From assembly GCF_001194135.2 (NCBI RefSeq), contig NC_068989.1:69739060-69803059 (forward strand): 64,000 nt of DNA, written 5' to 3'. The notes under the pieces were generated by a model. That model had not been told where the DNA came from. It made no database searches and was given only the letters and a program-made list of their open reading frames with translations. The translations under genes and the position numbers were made by a program. Source of the stretch: Octopus bimaculoides (Eukaryota). Shown here in pieces: positions 52,621 to 63,952 of this stretch (positions are counted from its first letter, which is position 1; each line of letters opens with the position of its first letter).

Positions 52621-53515
52621 TCTTATTGATCACAACATTTATATTGAGTTTTACTGAAGTAAGTATTCTGTCTACTTCATAAATTGTTATGTTGTGTCTG
52701 ATATCACTAAAACTGTTTTTTATATATTCATTGTTTGTTCTATCTTTCGTTGGTTGGCTTCACTGTTTTTTATATGTACTCTCTACTTCAGTTTTCTGTT
52801 AGTTTGGATTTCGTTTTTCTGAAATGGTATATCATTGTTTCCTATTAGTTTGTTCAATAAGTGTTCTGATTCTGCTTGTCTACTTTGCAATCACATCCTG
52901 TTTTTCTAAGCTCTGCCATGTTTTACTAAAGTTGTTTATTTGCTTATCAGTTATTCATTGGTTGGTTCAACAGTTGTATGTCTGCCTGTTGATTACATCA
53001 TTTGTACCTTGTTTTGTTAAAGTTATCATTTCGTCTACTTCATAATTTGTTATTTTATATTTGCAATCATTAAAGCTGGTTTATTATATTCTCTCTGTAT
53101 GTGGAGGTAGGAATTATCTGATGTCCCTAAACTATGTATCTTTTTTCCCATGAGCTAATCTGTGTGTGTTGGAATTGTACCTCTTCAGCAGATGTTTTAC
53201 CTTCTTTGGAGTTCAGATGAGTTTTTCAATATGGATGTATTTCTCCTGTGGAGGAATCTAAGAAAGAAAAAATCAGAATAACAGGCTCAGAAAAATAGTA
53301 TGTAAACAATATTAAAGCTAACCAATGAAAATATTGGATAACCAATGAATGTACTAAAAATATTGTGAGTGACTTCAGTTACAAGATAACAATTTATGAA
53401 ATAGACAGGACAACAACTTAGCAAAACGGGATATGAATGACATGATCAATAGGTAGAGGGCTACTAAACCAACCAATGAATAAAGTGAAAAACAAACAAC
53501 TTGAGAAAAATATAA
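52621..53515. repeat. Diverged repeat present twice on minus (period 363 bp) and once on plus
   Basis: tctacttcataaattgttat (52671), tctacttcataatttgttat (53034) and reverse complement ataacaatttatgaaataga (53386), with flanking homology. Confidence 0.7.
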
Positions 53516-54754
53516 CATAACTTAAGCAAACATAATACAATTAGAAAATACACTTCCAGTATTTCTTTTTGTTAAATAGTTTTATTGTATTTGAGAGAAT
53601 ACCTCCATTAATAATGAGTGCAATATTGTTTACCCTATCTGAGAAGATTGGCTCTGAAAATATCAGTTTTTTAAAGTTCCTAAGCTTGAGTATTTGTTAG
53701 CTTATATCTACCTCAAATAATCTTGAATCCTTTGTCACGACACAGTTTCCACTTCCTGTCATCAATTATAGATTTTCAAAACTGTTGTATAGACCTCTAT
53801 TTAGTTCCTTCCATAACCTTTTCTCAGTACACTAGCACTCAGTTTGGCCATCAGTTCCTACTATTATCTCTACAAACTTTCTGCTTTCACTACCATTCAA
53901 CACTCCATATACGATAAATGCATTACAGAACACAGTTTTATACAGATAAAACATCTCAGTCATATATGCAGTATTTTGTTAATTCTTTCTTTTAAACATC
54001 CTACTCACAGAACTAATATAATTAACTTAACTAATGGAACATCCCTTTTTTTCTGATTGAATCAATATTGCAGTTTTAGCTGCCTTTAATCAGATGTAAT
54101 ATCTCAACTGCACTTGAAGTGTTGATTCATTGTCTTTAGTTTAACAGAGAGTAGGCCATGTTTTTTATAACCATTATTTACTTATTGCTAGCATACTACA
54201 ATGATATATAAAGAAAGCGTTTTAAAATAATGTAAGAGTAGCTTTTTTGAGAAATATGTTTTACTTGTAAAGTTTTCTGTTTTTATAATTGTTTATGAGA
54301 AAATATTGTATTGGATTTAAACTGCATTTAATATACAGTTACATAGAATTGATATTCATACCATTAAAATACCTTTACTTATGTACATTAGTAGTAAACA
54401 ATACTGTTCTAGTCATATTTATTTCGTTTACATAAACTTGTTTCTGCAAGTATGATTGAAACTATGATTTACAATGGCTGTAAATAAAGAAATAAATTTA
54501 GAACTTTAAAAAAAAAACAACCTTTTTCAAAGTACTGTTTTAGTTGGTTATAACCCCAGGCATGATATAACATAGTTATGGTTGTGTGGTTCAGCTTCTT
54601 GCTTCCAAACTATGTGATCTTGTGTTTAGTCCAAATGGTGGGTTGAACATTGAGTTAGTGCTTTTTACTATAGTCTTGAGTAAGCATCCTCTGTTTTAGC
54701 TCCAGGCTTTGTAAGTGGATTTGATAGACCAAAAAATGAAAGAAGCTAGTTTTA

Positions 54755-54772
54755 TGTATGTATGTATGTATG

Positions 54773-54821
<49 letters not shown>

Positions 54822-55900
54822 NNNNNNNNNNNNNNNNNNNNNNNNNNNNNNNNNNNNNNNNNNNNNNNNNNNNNNNNNNNNNNNNNNNNNNNNNNNNNNN
54901 NNNNNNNNNNNNNNNNNNNNNNNNNNNNNNNNNNNNNNNNNNNNNNNNNNNNNNNNNNNNNNNNNNNNNNNNNNNNNNNNNNNNNNNNNNNNNNNNNNNN
55001 NNNNNNNNNNNNNNNNNNNNNNNNNNNNNNNNNNNNNNNNNNNNNNNNNNNNNNNNNNNNNNNNNNNNNNNNNNNNNNNNNNNNNNNNNNNNNNNNNNNN
55101 NNNNNNNNNNNNNNNNNNNNNNNNNNNNNNNNNNNNNNNNNNNNNNNNNNNNNNNNNNNNNNNNNNNNNNNNNNNNNNNNNNNNNNNNNNNNNNNNNNNN
55201 NNNNNNNNNNNNNNNNNNNNNNNNNNNNNNNNNNNNNNNNNNNNNNNNNNNNNNNNNNNNNNNNNNNNNNNNNNNNNNNNNNNNNNNNNNNNNNNNNNNN
55301 NNNNNNNNNNNNNNNNNNNNNNNNNNNNNNNNNNNNNNNNNNNNNNNNNNNNNNNNNNNNNNNNNNNNNNNNNNNNNNNNNNNNNNNNNNNNNNNNNNNN
55401 NNNNNNNNNNNNNNNNNNNNNNNNNNNNNNNNNNNNNNNNNNNNNNNNNNNNNNNNNNNNNNNNNNNNNNNNNNNNNNNNNNNNNNNNNNNNNNNNNNNN
55501 NNNNNNNNNNNNNNNNNNNNNNNNNNNNNNNNNNNNNNNNNNNNNNNNNNNNNNNNNNNNNNNNNNNNNNNNNNNNNNNNNNNNNNNNNNNNNNNNNNNN
55601 NNNNNNNNNNNNNNNNNNNNNNNNNNNNNNNNNNNNNNNNNNNNNNNNNNNNNNNNNNNNNNNNNNNNNNNNNNNNNNNNNNNNNNNTATGTATATGTAT
55701 TTATATATATATATGTATATGTATGTATATGTATGTATATGTATGTATATGTATGTATATATATGTATGTATATGTATATATATGTATGTATGTATATGT
55801 ATATGTATGTGTATATATATATATATGTATGTATATATATATATATATATGTGTATATATGTATATGTATGTATATATGTATGTATATATATGTATGTAT
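54755..55900. repeat. Large compound (TA)n/(TATG)n microsatellite spanning an assembly gap (54822-55687)
   Basis: Direct reading; forms the internal tract of a SINE-A whose head is at ~54575. Confidence 0.9.
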
Positions 55901-56063
55901 GTACTTAGTTGGCACGCTCACCAAACTGTGGCATCTAAGCCACATACTGATTGATCAAAGTATAGTTCATAAGAATCTGCTGGAGCCCATTGGAAGGTGT
56001 TTGAATGACAAATCTAACCATTTCGCTATAGTTGTCTGTCGTGGAACATGACTGTCACTGCGG

Positions 56064-56101
56064 AAACCTGATGATTGCATAACACATGAAAGTACTAGTT
56101 T
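56064..56101 (+). ncRNA. Decayed minimal type-I hammerhead-like motif
   Basis: aaac-CUGAUGA-uugcauaacacau-GAA-AGUACU-A-guuu: 4-bp stem I, palindromic stem III; helix II broken. Confidence 0.45.
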
Positions 56102-57155
56102 ATTTCAATATTTCTTTGATGGAAACACAGATGCTAAATGATGATCATGATGATTAATTGTTCTGAGAAATCTTTTGTGCAAACAATATATCCTCATCAT
56201 TATACCTACTTTTCTATGCTACTGTGGGTTGGATAGGTTAATTGCAACTCCCATGCATGACAGATTTCTTTCAGTTTCCAACAACCAGATCTACTCTCAA
56301 GGTATGTGGTTGGCCCAAGGCTATAATAGAAGATAGCCAACAGTGGAACTGAACCTGAAACTACATGGCCAGGAAGCAAACTTCTTAACCAAACAGCTAC
56401 TCCTGTATCCTGGTTTCAGAAATCATATAAACTTAGACAATTTGGTGAAGTGTACAAATATTTTATCTTTTAACTAGAAATATAATTAACTGAAATACTT
56501 TAGTTTTAATGGGACAAATATTTCATTAAACATTTTATACTTTGCATAAAAACATAGCAGAATGTCGATAGTCCATCATGTGATTACATTACCATACCAT
56601 CATATCAAATTTCATGACTAGAACTTCCAAAGAGTGACAGTGGATGACAGTTTTCTCAGGCTTTCTTTTGATCTGCAGCAAATAGTTTGCTTTATAATTA
56701 TACCTTGAATTTTATAGTTACAAACTTTATTATTACAACTTAAAATTCCAATTTTAATTTAAAGCAGTATCATTTTTCAAAACCACAATAATAAATCTTT
56801 TGCCAGTGTGCATTTAATTCCCATGGCAACCGATTTACTTGATTGTACATGGAATAAATTCTTGTGTGAACATCTCTGTTTCACTATATCTGTATTTTAA
56901 AACATACTTCAGCTGCTATCAATTATCTTTAAATACCAAATTGATAATGGTCAATTTCCGATTCATGTTTTTCTTTAAAGCATCAAAAACTGAGATCAAT
57001 TAAGGAAAAAATTTCAATAAATATGAATAATCAGATCATAAGCTTTTGAACCCAAGTTTTTAACCTGGTTGATTTGAATTTAAAAAAAAAAGTATTAAAA
57101 GTGTATTAAAATAAATGCTGGTAAGTTTACATGTGTGCAAAAATGTGAAAGTACT

Positions 57156-57378
57156 TTAACCCTTTAGCATTCAGATTACTCTCTCAAATATAATGTTTAT
57201 TTATTTACATTGTTTTGAATTCATTGTGCCTTCTTTTGTAGCATTGAGATTTTTATTAAGTGAGTGTTTATTTTTTAAACATTGCAGGATAAGTGTGAGA
57301 GACTGGATTTAGCCAGTTTGAACATGAAACATAGAATATTTTATCCAGACATGGCTGGTTTAAATGCTAAAAGATTAA
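57156..57378. mobile_element. MITE-A, complete, TTAA on both sides
   Basis: ttaaccctttagcattcag ... aaatgctaaaagattaa. Confidence 0.9.
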
Positions 57379-58345
57379 ACTTGTGTGGGTATCAGGGAAA
57401 AATGGACAACAAAAAGTAGAAAGTTTGTGATTATTGTGTAAAGGAAATTAGCTTACTGACTTGTAAATTTATTAGAAGAAAAGAAAATAAGCCAAGAAGA
57501 GTGAAAAATTCAATTCAATCATAGATTCAGAAACAAATTAAAATAGGAATGACTGCCAATATAAACTCATATATAAAGCTTGTCCAATGTATAACTGCTT
57601 CATGAACAGATGACTGTTAAACTAAAGATGACAGTGAATTGTTAATATTCACTAAAACCTCCTCAACTTATTTTTTAGAAATTTGAAGGCAAAATGACAT
57701 CCTCTCTCCCAGAAAAAGAATAAGACCATACAACTTTATGTTCTTCACTTTTCATGATAATCAAACTATTATGGATTAACTGTTACCAACACAGACCATC
57801 ACAAGCTTGCTTGCATTCGAGATATTATTTCTCTTCATTATTTATAAATTCATCATTGGTTATTATATAGATCAAGACAGCAATGAACGCAATGTAGGAA
57901 ATTCGTATCAACACGAAAAGTTTTTCATTTTCTACTTTTTGATATTTATTTATTTATGAATTAATAAATGAATGATAAAAGAACACAATTCACATAATCA
58001 CCTTCGTTAGTGTATAACAGTTTTGGTTATAAGGAACTTAGCTGCAAGAGTGGAAAGCCAGTGCCATATCTGGTAGCTTCATGATGAAGCCTTAACTAGA
58101 AGTAAGTGTTTCTCTGTTGAAGAAAGCATATAGCAATATAATATATGTGCAGACAATTCACTGACAGATGATTTGCCGACAGTCAATTCGCTGATTGGAC
58201 AATAAGTCAACAAGCAGAAGTATTGATCATGGAGTATCTGTAAGTTGTCTGTCAACAAATTATTTTTCTACCATATAATATGCTTAGATGGATATAAATA
58301 TAGATAACTGAGACATGCATAGCGAAACATAGACAGACACATACA

Positions 58346-58520
58346 TACTGGGTGCAACATAAAAACATCCCATACTTTATATGGCTTTTGATGTGGCACT
58401 AGTAAAGTTAGGCTGGTGGTAGTGGTGCTTTCTTGAGACTAACGTTTTACCATTTTTTTCAGACCATTGCACAGCACAATGTGTGTCTGCTGTTGAAACA
58501 TTTATCAAGAATGGCGAATG
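58346..58520 (+). mobile_element. Tc1/mariner (rosa/maT-like) 5' end fragment
   Basis: Starts tactgggtgcaac; then ttttttcag|acc.. and ..AVETFIKNGE, resembling the transposase N-terminal xVExYxKNGES motif. Confidence 0.45.
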
Positions 58521-58533
58521 GGAGGGTTAAATA

Positions 58534-58564
<31 letters not shown>

Positions 58565-59808
58565 NNNNNNNNNNNNNNNNNNNNNNATATGTATATATAT
58601 ATATATATATAGTCAGATATTTATACACTGTGTGTGTGTGTATTATAGCACGTGGTGGGATATGAAATCCAGGCAGATACCAAATTGAGTGAAATGCCAA
58701 GGATTGCGCTTTTTGGTAATCTATCTTTAGCTCTCATCTGATGTTCCAGTTATTTCTTGGCTACTTAATCAACAATATGCAGTTGGTGTGATCAAAACAT
58801 GCTGGACTATTATATGAACTGGAAATAAACTTAGTTCGAATGTTCTAATTCTTCTTATTTCCAACATGCACGCGCACGTGCGCGCACACACACACACACA
58901 CATTTATTTATTTATTTATTTATTTATTTCAAGCTTGGTTATGTTGACATACATATAAACAAATATGTTTGTAATTTGCTTTGTCATAATCCCTCTCAAT
59001 AGCTGAAAGAGCTATACCTTTCAGCACTTTAATAGAACCTCTTTAAACTTGATTATGAAATAAATACTTCAGCGAAGTTTGAAAAGGAAAGTTACATTTT
59101 GAAATGTTTTTCCTCAAATCATATTCAATGGCACTTTTTCAAATGAAGAACTCAATTTGTCATTTGTGTTTCCTTGTTAAAATTGATTTACTTTATATGA
59201 GAAGTTGCCTTGAACTTAGTCCATTTTAGTCTTATAAAAACTGTTTCTTTTTCTTAATTTTTTTTCATGGTTTTACTCCACTTTTATATACTATCATTGA
59301 TCTCAGATGAAAGCTATTCAATATATTGATTTGTGTTACAAGGTTTTAAAATATTTGCTTTCCATATAAGCTACTTCAGAGTCATCATTTATAAATTAGA
59401 AATCAGCAGCATCTATTGTTGAATGCTAATACTTGTACTCAGGCAGTGTTAATGCGTCTGCATAGCAGGGCTGTGTTTTTTAATTTTAATTTTATTTTTG
59501 TGTTGTTTTTATAATTAATCTGAACATACTCCAGTTCATTTGTCTAGCTACCATCTACTACAAGTTCATACTGACTTTTTAACCCCATGCAGTGTCTGCT
59601 CTTGCCAATGTCCTTATTAACGCAGTCAATTCTCTGGTGCACACCACCAGCAACTAGTGACATTAACAATGCACAGTCAGTAGGTCAGAGTTCTTAAATA
59701 CTGATCGGAAAAAAAAATTAGTGATTATATTTTTAACATGTTAATCAGCAATTTTTATGCGACAAGTTCTACTTTGTATGCTTTATTAATTTCAGTATTA
59801 ATCCTTTT

Positions 59809-60540
59809 GTTACCATATTTCTATTGGAAATTGACAGTCTTTGTTTAAGTTATTTTTGAAAATAATGAATTTATTAAAATAACTTTGTCATTATTAAGCT
59901 GGTGTCTGGAACATAAATTAGCATGAAATTTTGATGGAAAGTTTTAATTTAGATCACTTTAAAACAGTGAATCTCTTTCATAGAGCTTAGAGTAGTCCCA
60001 GACGGGCTGGTATCAAATGGGTTAATATTCATTTCTTAATGATCAGTGTCCAGAGATATGGTTTCAGACAAGTGAATAATTCTCAATTTGTAGGAAAGGT
60101 ATGGTTATAACGTTTGTTTTTGTTTTGTTTCTTTGTTTTTCTTTGCTTTTCTTTTTTGTTTTGTTGTTTTGACAGATGATGATTTTATTGTCACTTCCAC
60201 TATATCAAATGCCAATTCACAAAGAATAACCACTTGTCAATTTAACTTAGACTTTAAGTAATTGAAGGTTAAAGAGCTAGAATATTTATATCAATGAACA
60301 TTGTGCTGTCAAAGAACTTTTAACCCTTTTGATACCAATCTGTCTGAAATTGCCCTTGGTTTTATGATGCAAACTTCCATTTTTAAACTGATCTAAGTTA
60401 AAGGCTTCCATCAAAATTTCATTTTATGTTCCAAATGTCAGCTTCGTATTGAGAAAGTTATTTCCCTAAATTCTGCATTATTTTCAAAATCAATTGAAAC
60501 AATAAAGTATTTCAACAAGAAACATGTGAACAAAAGAGGC
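59809..60540. mobile_element. Tail-to-tail inverted pair of MITE-B (59809-60025 and 60320-60540)
   Basis: First copy ends tggtatcaaatgggttaa; second begins ttaaccctttt-gatacca. Confidence 0.8.
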
Positions 60541-60893
60541 TTGGTTAACTGGGTGATTAACTACTTAATTTTAAAAGAATAATGACAGTTGATATGTATG
60601 TAATGCTTCTTATAGCAGAAACAGCTGTAAGCTAAGTTCATAACATAATTTCTTGTTCCCTTGCCATTCATATAATCTCTTATTACCTTCTGTACTCAAC
60701 TAACACTTTCCTCTGAAGCATATATATATTAGTATACATAATGTTTTCACTATGTTTTGGCTGTTGTATGTTCCAGCCTTCTTCAAATGTCTTGTGTTGA
60801 ACTCAGTTATATTGGAATTTCATACCTAACCCTTTATTTGATCCATGGGGATACACTGCCTAACTGAAGTATATATATATATATATATATATA

Positions 60894-61052
60894 TGGGAGA
60901 ATATACAAATAATAACAACAGACGAGGACAGGTGGTGTAAATAACAAAAGTATATATTAGTATGACGCTCGGGAATACGGAAAGTCTTTGACGTTTCGAG
61001 CTACGCTCTTCAACAGAAAGAATACGGAGGCAAGGAGAAAAACACGGAGATA
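60894..61052 (-). mobile_element. Short Penelope-like / retrozyme-type element between (TA)n and (CA)n
   Basis: CpG-rich ~160 bp unique island containing a hammerhead motif, flanked by microsatellites on both sides. Confidence 0.6.
60985..61021 (-). ncRNA. Minimal type-I hammerhead ribozyme motif with A6U core variant
   Basis: Minus strand UCUUU-CUGUUGA-A-GAGC-GUA-GCUC-GAAA-C-GUC-AAAGA: 5-bp stem I, 4-bp helix II, palindromic ACGU stem III, GUC triplet. Confidence 0.7.
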
Positions 61053-62435
61053 TACACACACACACAAATGTCAATATCTGGTTAAGAGGTTTCCTTCCCA
61101 ACCACATGGTTTTAGATTCACGCCCACTGTGTGGTACTTTGGGTAAGTGTCTTCTACTATAACCCTGGGACTCTTCCTTGTCTTGACATCATGTAATTGT
61201 TATTAGTGAATGTCATTCATGCAAGTAGTGTCATTCATTTCCAATATTTTACAAAAACATGTAAACATGTTTGGCTATTGGGAAATATCTTGCTTAGAAA
61301 TAGGTGAGGGCTAGCAACAGGAAGAGTATCCCACCATAGAAAATGTGCCTCAATAAACTCTGTTTGACCATGGACACATGGAAAGTTTGACATTATAGGA
61401 ATAGTGATGTAATTGTGTGTGTGTAATGCAATTTCCAAAGAACTATTAGTTTTCAAATTCAAAAGAAGGACATCATTGCTAAAACTGTATTCTGCTGGGG
61501 AAGTGGGAAGTGACAAACTAAGATCAGAAATCACAGAAGAAAATGTTCCAACTTTGGAAGTTATAATTTCAAACATGTGTATATGCTAAACAATTTGACC
61601 ATTTTTGAATTAGAAAGGAATATGCAAGATTTTGAACTGGGTTTTCATGTAATTCTTGCTATGCAGCCTTAAATTTATTTTCCTGTAAGGATATGGAATT
61701 TTTGAATTTTTAATATTCATATTTTTATTAGTTTTTTCTACACTCAATAATTGGAGAAATTCTGAAAGCTATTCCATGTAATTATATAACATCAAGAGTT
61801 ATAACCTGTGAACTTTGAACATAAAATTAGACTTTGTGCAATATAAAAAGAAATGTTAGAACATGTAATACGAAGGTTAAGCAACTAAGTGGCAACTTGC
61901 AAGTTAAGAATAAAATTTTATTGACTTTTCAGTGTCCGTTCACTGTATTTTTAATTTTCTTATATTTTTCAACTGATGTCTTATTTATAAGGTGAGTATC
62001 ACCGACATCATAATCGTTTTACATCTGATTTTCTCTGCTGAAATGAATTGAATGGGTTGTCATGATCCTAGACAGTTCTTCTTCAGAGACACTGCTACCT
62101 AGATGGGTCTAAGGCCCACATTTTGCTGGTATGTTACATTTTTGGCATGGTTTCTATAGCTGGATGTCCTTCTTAATGCCAACCAGTTTACACAGTATGC
62201 TGGGTGCATTTTATCATGGTGCAAGTTCTTGGAAGATTGCCATTTCCTTAATAAGTCTAAAAGGTCTTCTTGACTTGACATTTCTGCTAATTCACCGGCC
62301 ACTTTACAGAATGTCCAGGGTGAATTTATAGCAGCACTTGCAATAGAGGGGATGTCTCATACTCTCAAGATTAGAAAGTCTTTACCACTCCATAAAGTTC
62401 ATTCAAGGCTATGCAGTTGAGGAAATTATGCAGTT

Positions 62436-63383
62436 GAGGTTTCCCCACAAGAAATAATCAGACATGGACAAATTGGGACTAAGGGGGCCAAGGAATGTCA
62501 GCAAACTTGGAAATGAGGCGGTCACTGAAGAGAGGGCGAAGAACATTCATTGATGCTCTGGCTGAAACCACACACATTGAATAGTCATATGTTTTTATTG
62601 TAATTCAGACACAAACAAGTTGTTTATAATATTGATGTGAAGCTCAGAGTTCACAGTAACAACATTTCCATTATTGTCTTCAAAAAAGTAAGGACCAATG
62701 GCTGCAGCTTCTCCAACAGCACACCAAACCGTCACTTTTGGGCTGTACAGTTGCCTTTTGTGCAGTTCTCTCATATTTTCAAGAGCCCAATAATGACAGN
62801 NNNNNNNNNTACAGTTGCCTTTTGTGCAGTTCTCTCATATTTTCAAGAGCCCAATAATGACAGTTCTGTTGATTCACCATGCCATTGAGATGAAAATAAG
62901 GTTCATCACTCATTAACAAAATGAGGTCGTCATTACCTCAAACATTGCTTCCATCTGATGTGTGAAGTTAAGCCACTGTGCATAGTCCCATGGTTTCAAC
63001 TGTTGCCCAATGACTAATTTGTATGGGTGGAAATGCAGGTATTAATGCAAAATACGCTTCACCGATAAATTACTGATGCCAAGTTCAGTGGAATGCTTCT
63101 GAGCAGAGCAATTTGGACTCCATATCAAAGCTTGTCTGACACATTCCACATTTTCCAGGCTCTGTACCATTCATGGCACCCCCACCAGTCTCCTATTCAA
63201 TAGTGTACCTCATGCATGAAGTGCATTCACCCAATGTAAGATTGTGTTATGGGTGGGAACAGCCTGATTTCAGTGAATGTTGAAGTGGCACTGAAACTCG
63301 CACTGAACTGCTGTTAGAGACTTGTTATTCTTCATATAACTGTCGTAGGCAAACACATAATGCTCTATCATCCAGAGCGCCAT
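62436..63383 (-). pseudogene. DDD transposase pseudogene
   Basis: ATG at 63383. Reads MALWMIEHYVFAYDSYMKNN..LHFHPYKL.. / LLMSDEPYFHLNGMVNQQNCHYW..KVTVWCAV..IGPYFFED..TVNSE..WFQ[QDGA deleted]..RLISK..WPP.SPNLSMSDYFLWG, with several stops and frameshifts. Confidence 0.9.
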
Positions 63384-63516
63384 GGCTTCACCTGAAAAGA
63401 AAAAAAAATTGCTAAGACACCTTAGACCAAATGATATCTGTCGGACGTATGTCTCTTTCCCTGCGGCTAAGTAATAGCCATTTCAAAAACATTCGTCCTC
63501 TCTGTCCAACCCTGTA
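62436..63516 (-). mobile_element. Truncated Tc1/mariner element, rosa/VS (DD41D)-like
   Basis: One TIR (tacagggttggacag on minus, TA at 63515-16); decayed transposase; the other end was not found. Confidence 0.85.
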
Positions 63517-63529
63517 TGTCATCACCATC

Positions 63530-63919
63530 ATTGTTTTAACACCCACTTTTCCATACTGGATGAAGTTAGGTGGGCTGGATGTCCTTCTTGTTGTTAATTC
63601 TCACCTGTTTCCAGGCAAGGTAATATTTCCCCTTGACCAGACATGTTTTCACAGACTATTGAAAATGAATGATACTGCTTGTATGACAGTAACACTCATT
63701 TACAGCCATCATAATATATCATAGTAAGGAGACTACATATGCATACATATATATACGCGTATATGACAGTCTTCTTTCAGTTTCTCTCTATAAAATCCAC
63801 TTGCGAGCTTTTGGTTGGCCCAAGGCTACACTAGAAACTTGCCCAAAGTGTCATGCAGTCGAACTCAACCTGGAACCATATGGTGAGGGAGCAAACTTCT
63901 TAAATTACTCACAAGGCTC

Positions 63920-63920
<1 letters not shown>
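63530..63920 (-). mobile_element. SINE-A copy, RTE-type tail
   Basis: catcaccatcattgttttaacacccacttttccatactggatg.. body and family core. Confidence 0.8.

Positions 63921-63952
<32 letters not shown>

Noticed and set aside
54715-56051. Long ORFs (397-429 aa) in the track, also those at 1568-2226, 18574-19425, 38649-38974, 44810-45394 and 50110-50565
   Set aside because: They are open only because they cross N-gaps and (TA)n/(TG)n tracts (YIYI/VCVC translation).
62749-62862. Direct duplication tacagttgccttttgtgcag..taatgacag on both sides of a 10-N gap
   Set aside because: Unmerged contig overlap. Removing one copy restores the transposase frame, so it is an assembly artefact.
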